Positions 61,149-64,000 of a stretch of DNA of 64,000 bases are shown piece by piece; position 1 is the first letter of the stretch; each line of letters begins with the position of its first letter. Source of the DNA: Rhynchobatus australiae (taxonomy: Eukaryota); NCBI GenBank assembly GCA_034780895.1, contig JAUZTB010000135.1:6852038-6916037 (forward strand), read 5' to 3'. A program made the position numbers and the translations under genes. A model generated the notes under the pieces. That model worked only from the letters and a program-made list of their open reading frames with translations. It ran no database searches and had not been told where the DNA came from.

Positions 61149-62074
61149 GTGAATTGCACATGCTGTAAATTGAAATCTGTCTTTCAGTTAAGACCCAATA
61201 ATGAAAATTAAAAATATTCTCAACTGATTAGCGTGAAACGCTTCCTCTTTTACATAGGGTAGATTACACAGTTTTTTGAAGAATAATCAATGGAAGGTAA
61301 TTTCGCTATCGGGTGCCATTAAATTGGCGTTCGATATTTTTATAAGCTTTTTTGATTTGCCCTTTGAATAAAATGGATCAAAGCATTTACCAATGAAACA
61401 CCTGTGCTGGATGAGTGCAGTTTGTGAGTAAGATTTTTATTGGTTGTTGCAGATATACCAAAAGAAATTGAAAATGATCCCATTTGCATTTGGTAGAGAA
61501 TTCAGAGATAACTGAGTGTTTCTAAGTGATGTTTTTATCTTTGTGCTGTATATAGAATTTTAATAACTAATTTTATTTTTTAAAACATTTAATTTCTTTC
61601 ATTAATTTTTAAATAACTGTCTTTCAGAAATGTTTTATTTTGTGACCATTTTGATAGCTGGCTAAGCTGTCACGGTTTTTCCTGCCGAGCAGATTTATGG
61701 GTGGGGCTGATTCTGGTATCTGTGCTGGCAGAGGTGTCAGCAGGACCTCACTCCTGAGCTTTCACAGCAGTTTCAGGAGGGAAGTCAACTTCAGGTAGAG
61801 AAAGCACAGTTTAATTTGCTTATGTGCTAATCAAATGCATTAGCTGCCATTAATAGACAGTCTGTTTTGGAATATTGATATCAGTATTGCTGATGTTTAA
61901 GATCCTTCTTTAGAATAGTTCCTTNNNNNNNNNNNNNNNNNNNNNNNNNNNNATTGGTAAAATTAAAAGTGAAGTTGTATTTACTACTTTTAAAGCTAAA
62001 TTGGGGTATTAATCAAAAACTGCCAACATCTATTAGGGCATTCTGATGAAATACTCACATAGAATTCAGGAATA

Positions 62075-62245
62075 TAGTGTGCAGTACTGTACTCTAAGAA
62101 GGACACGATTGTACTGGAGAGGGTGCAGAGGAGATTCTCCAGGATGTTGCCTGAGATGGAATGTTTCAGTATTGAGGAGAGATTGAATTGGCTTGGTTTG
62201 TTTCCCTTGGAGCAGGGGAAGCTGAGGCAGGATCTGATGAAATGA
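62075..62245 (+). mobile_element. CR1 fragment
   Basis: GTACTGGAGAGGGTGCAGAGGAGATTCTCCAGGATGTTGCCTG...TTGTTTCCCTTGGAGCAG. Confidence 0.8.
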
Positions 62246-62251
62246 ATACTT

Positions 62252-62730
62252 ACATAGAACATTAAATTAAAGGAACAGGCCCTTTGGCCCATGATGTCTG
62301 TGCTGACCATGACGTGGTCATCCAGTTTGTCTGCTCGTGATTCATATCCCTCCCTTCCCTGCCTGTTTATGTGCTCGTCTAAAAGCCTCTTAAACATCAC
62401 TATCGTATCTGCTTCTACCATCCACCCTGGCACCATTTTCCAGGCACCTACCAATCTCTGTGTAAAACAGGATTTGCCTTGCAAGTCTTCTTTAAACTCT
62501 CGCCCTCTCACCTTAAAGCTGTGCTCTCTAGTACATCCTGGGAAAAAGACCGGCTATCTACCCTATGGATGCCTCTCATAATTTTATATACTTTTGTTGG
62601 GTCACCCCTCAGCCTCTGACGCTCCAGTGATAACAATCCAAGTTTGTCCAACCTCTCTGTATAGCTTATACCCTCTAATCCAGGCAGCATCCTGGTAAAC
62701 CTCTTCTGTATCACATAAAAGCCTCCACAT
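62252..62730 (-). mobile_element. CR1 LINE 3' end
   Basis: IQKRFTRMLPGLEGISYTERLDKLGLLSLERQRLRGD and FTQRLVGAWK; CATAGAACAT tail. Confidence 0.9.
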
Positions 62731-62810
62731 CCCTCGAGTGGTCCTACCCTCTCCCTAGTTATCCTTGTTTTTAATGTATGTATAAAATGCCTTGGGATTT
62801 TCCATAATTC

Positions 62811-64000
62811 TTCTCATCTCTACTGTGGTGAAGGATGTGGAAGCTAGTGAGTTAAGGAGAGGGAAATGTAATATCTTGGAGTGTATAAACATTACAAACA
62901 AGAGAAGTTTTGGAGGTCTTGAGATGCATAAAGGTGCAGAAATCCCCAAGGCCTGACCAGGTGTATCCTAGGATGTTATGGGAAGCAAGTGAAGAGATTG
63001 AGGGGGTCTTGGCGGAGACTTTGTATCTTCATTAGCAACAGGTGAAGTACCAGAAGATTGGAGGCCAGCCAGTGTTGTGCCTTAAGTAAAGAGGGGCAAC
63101 AAGGATAAGCCAGGGACTGCAGTCCGGTGAACCTTATAATGGTGGGAAAGTTATTGGAAAGGATTCTGCGGCGCAGGATTTACTTGCAGCTGGAGAATAT
63201 TTAGGGATAGTCAGCATGGCTTTGTGCATGAAAAGTCATGTCTCACAAATTTGATTTTGTTTCTTGAAGAGGTGACCCAGAGGATTGATGAGGGCAGGCC
63301 AATAGACAACTTCTACGTGGACTTCAGCAAGGCTTTTGACAAGATACCCCATGGCAGGCTGGTCTGGATGGTTANNNNNNNNNNNNNNNGGGATGAGCTA
63401 GCCAGTTGGATACAGAATTGGTTTGGTAGTAGGAGGCAGAGACTGGGAGTGGAGGGTTGTTTTTCCTACTCGAAGCCTATGACCAGTGGTGTGCCACAGG
63501 GATCTGTGCTAGGTCCTTTGTTTTTTTTGTCAAATATATTAATGATTCGGATGAATATGCAGGTGGTTGTGATTGGCAAATTTGCAGATGACACCAAAAT
63601 TGGTGGAATCAATACACAAAAAGTGCTGGAGGAACTTAGCAGGTCAGGCAGCATCTATGGAGGGAAATAAACAGTCGACATTCATCAGGACTGGAAAGGA
63701 AGGGGACAGAAGGGAAAGTTGGCAAGTGAAGGGCAAATGGAATTTAACTCGGACAAGTATAAAGTGACACATTTTGGGAAGTTTAACCAGGACAGGAATG
63801 GCAGGGCCCTCGGGGAATGTTGTTGAACAGAGAGACTTTTGAGTACAAGTGCATAGTTTCCTTAAAATGGGAGCGCAGTTAGACCGGGTGGTAACGAAGC
63901 CATAGAGCATGCTTGCCTTCATCAGCTGAGGCAATGAGTGGAAGATCTGGGATGTCATGTTACAGTCGTACAAAATGTTGGCTAGGCCACCCTTGGAGTA
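62811..64000 (+). mobile_element. CR1 LINE ORF2 reverse transcriptase region (frameshifted, runs off the window)
   Basis: KSCLTNLILFLEEVTQRIDEGRPIDNFYVDFSKAFDKIPHGRL...SGVPQGSVLGPLFF...KFADDTKIGG in ORF 63224-63670; upstream KSPRPDQVYPRML. Confidence 0.95.
63611..63712 (-). mobile_element. Penelope-derived short repeat inserted in the CR1 RT
   Basis: ACACAAAAAGTGCTGGAGGAACTTAGCAGGTCAGGCAGCATCTATGGAGGGAAATAAACAGTCGACATTCATCAGGACTGG. Confidence 0.85.

Overview
Eukaryotic, AT-rich, gap-ridden draft sequence. The repeat content (CR1 LINEs, V-SINEs, Deu-domain SINEs, Rex1/Babar LINEs, Penelope-like elements) points to a cartilaginous fish, probably a ray; this is recalled from repeat consensus, not searched. 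No host protein-coding exon, rRNA, tRNA gene or CRISPR array could be supported. The window looks like the inside of a very large intron or a gene desert. The recognisable ORFs in the track are decayed retroelement fragments (CR1 RT, Rex1/Babar RT C-terminus, Penelope GIY-YIG C-terminus, Tx1 zinc knuckle). Main points: (1) a family of Penelope-derived short elements carries minimal type I hammerhead ribozyme motifs, several sharing a CUGAUGC-A core variant, and some are rearranged into foldback hairpins, one with a 15-bp TSD; (2) two solo LTRs of one family, each with its own 4-bp TSD; (3) a TA-flanked Tigger-like MITE; (4) nested insertions and 5'-inversion junctions; (5) a 21-bp-stem pre-miRNA-like hairpin in unique sequence; (6) several repeat-free, homeobox-motif-rich blocks that look like conserved non-coding elements; (7) weak candidate alternative exons. 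Repeat boundaries are approximate (tens of bp) unless a TSD or TIR is quoted.
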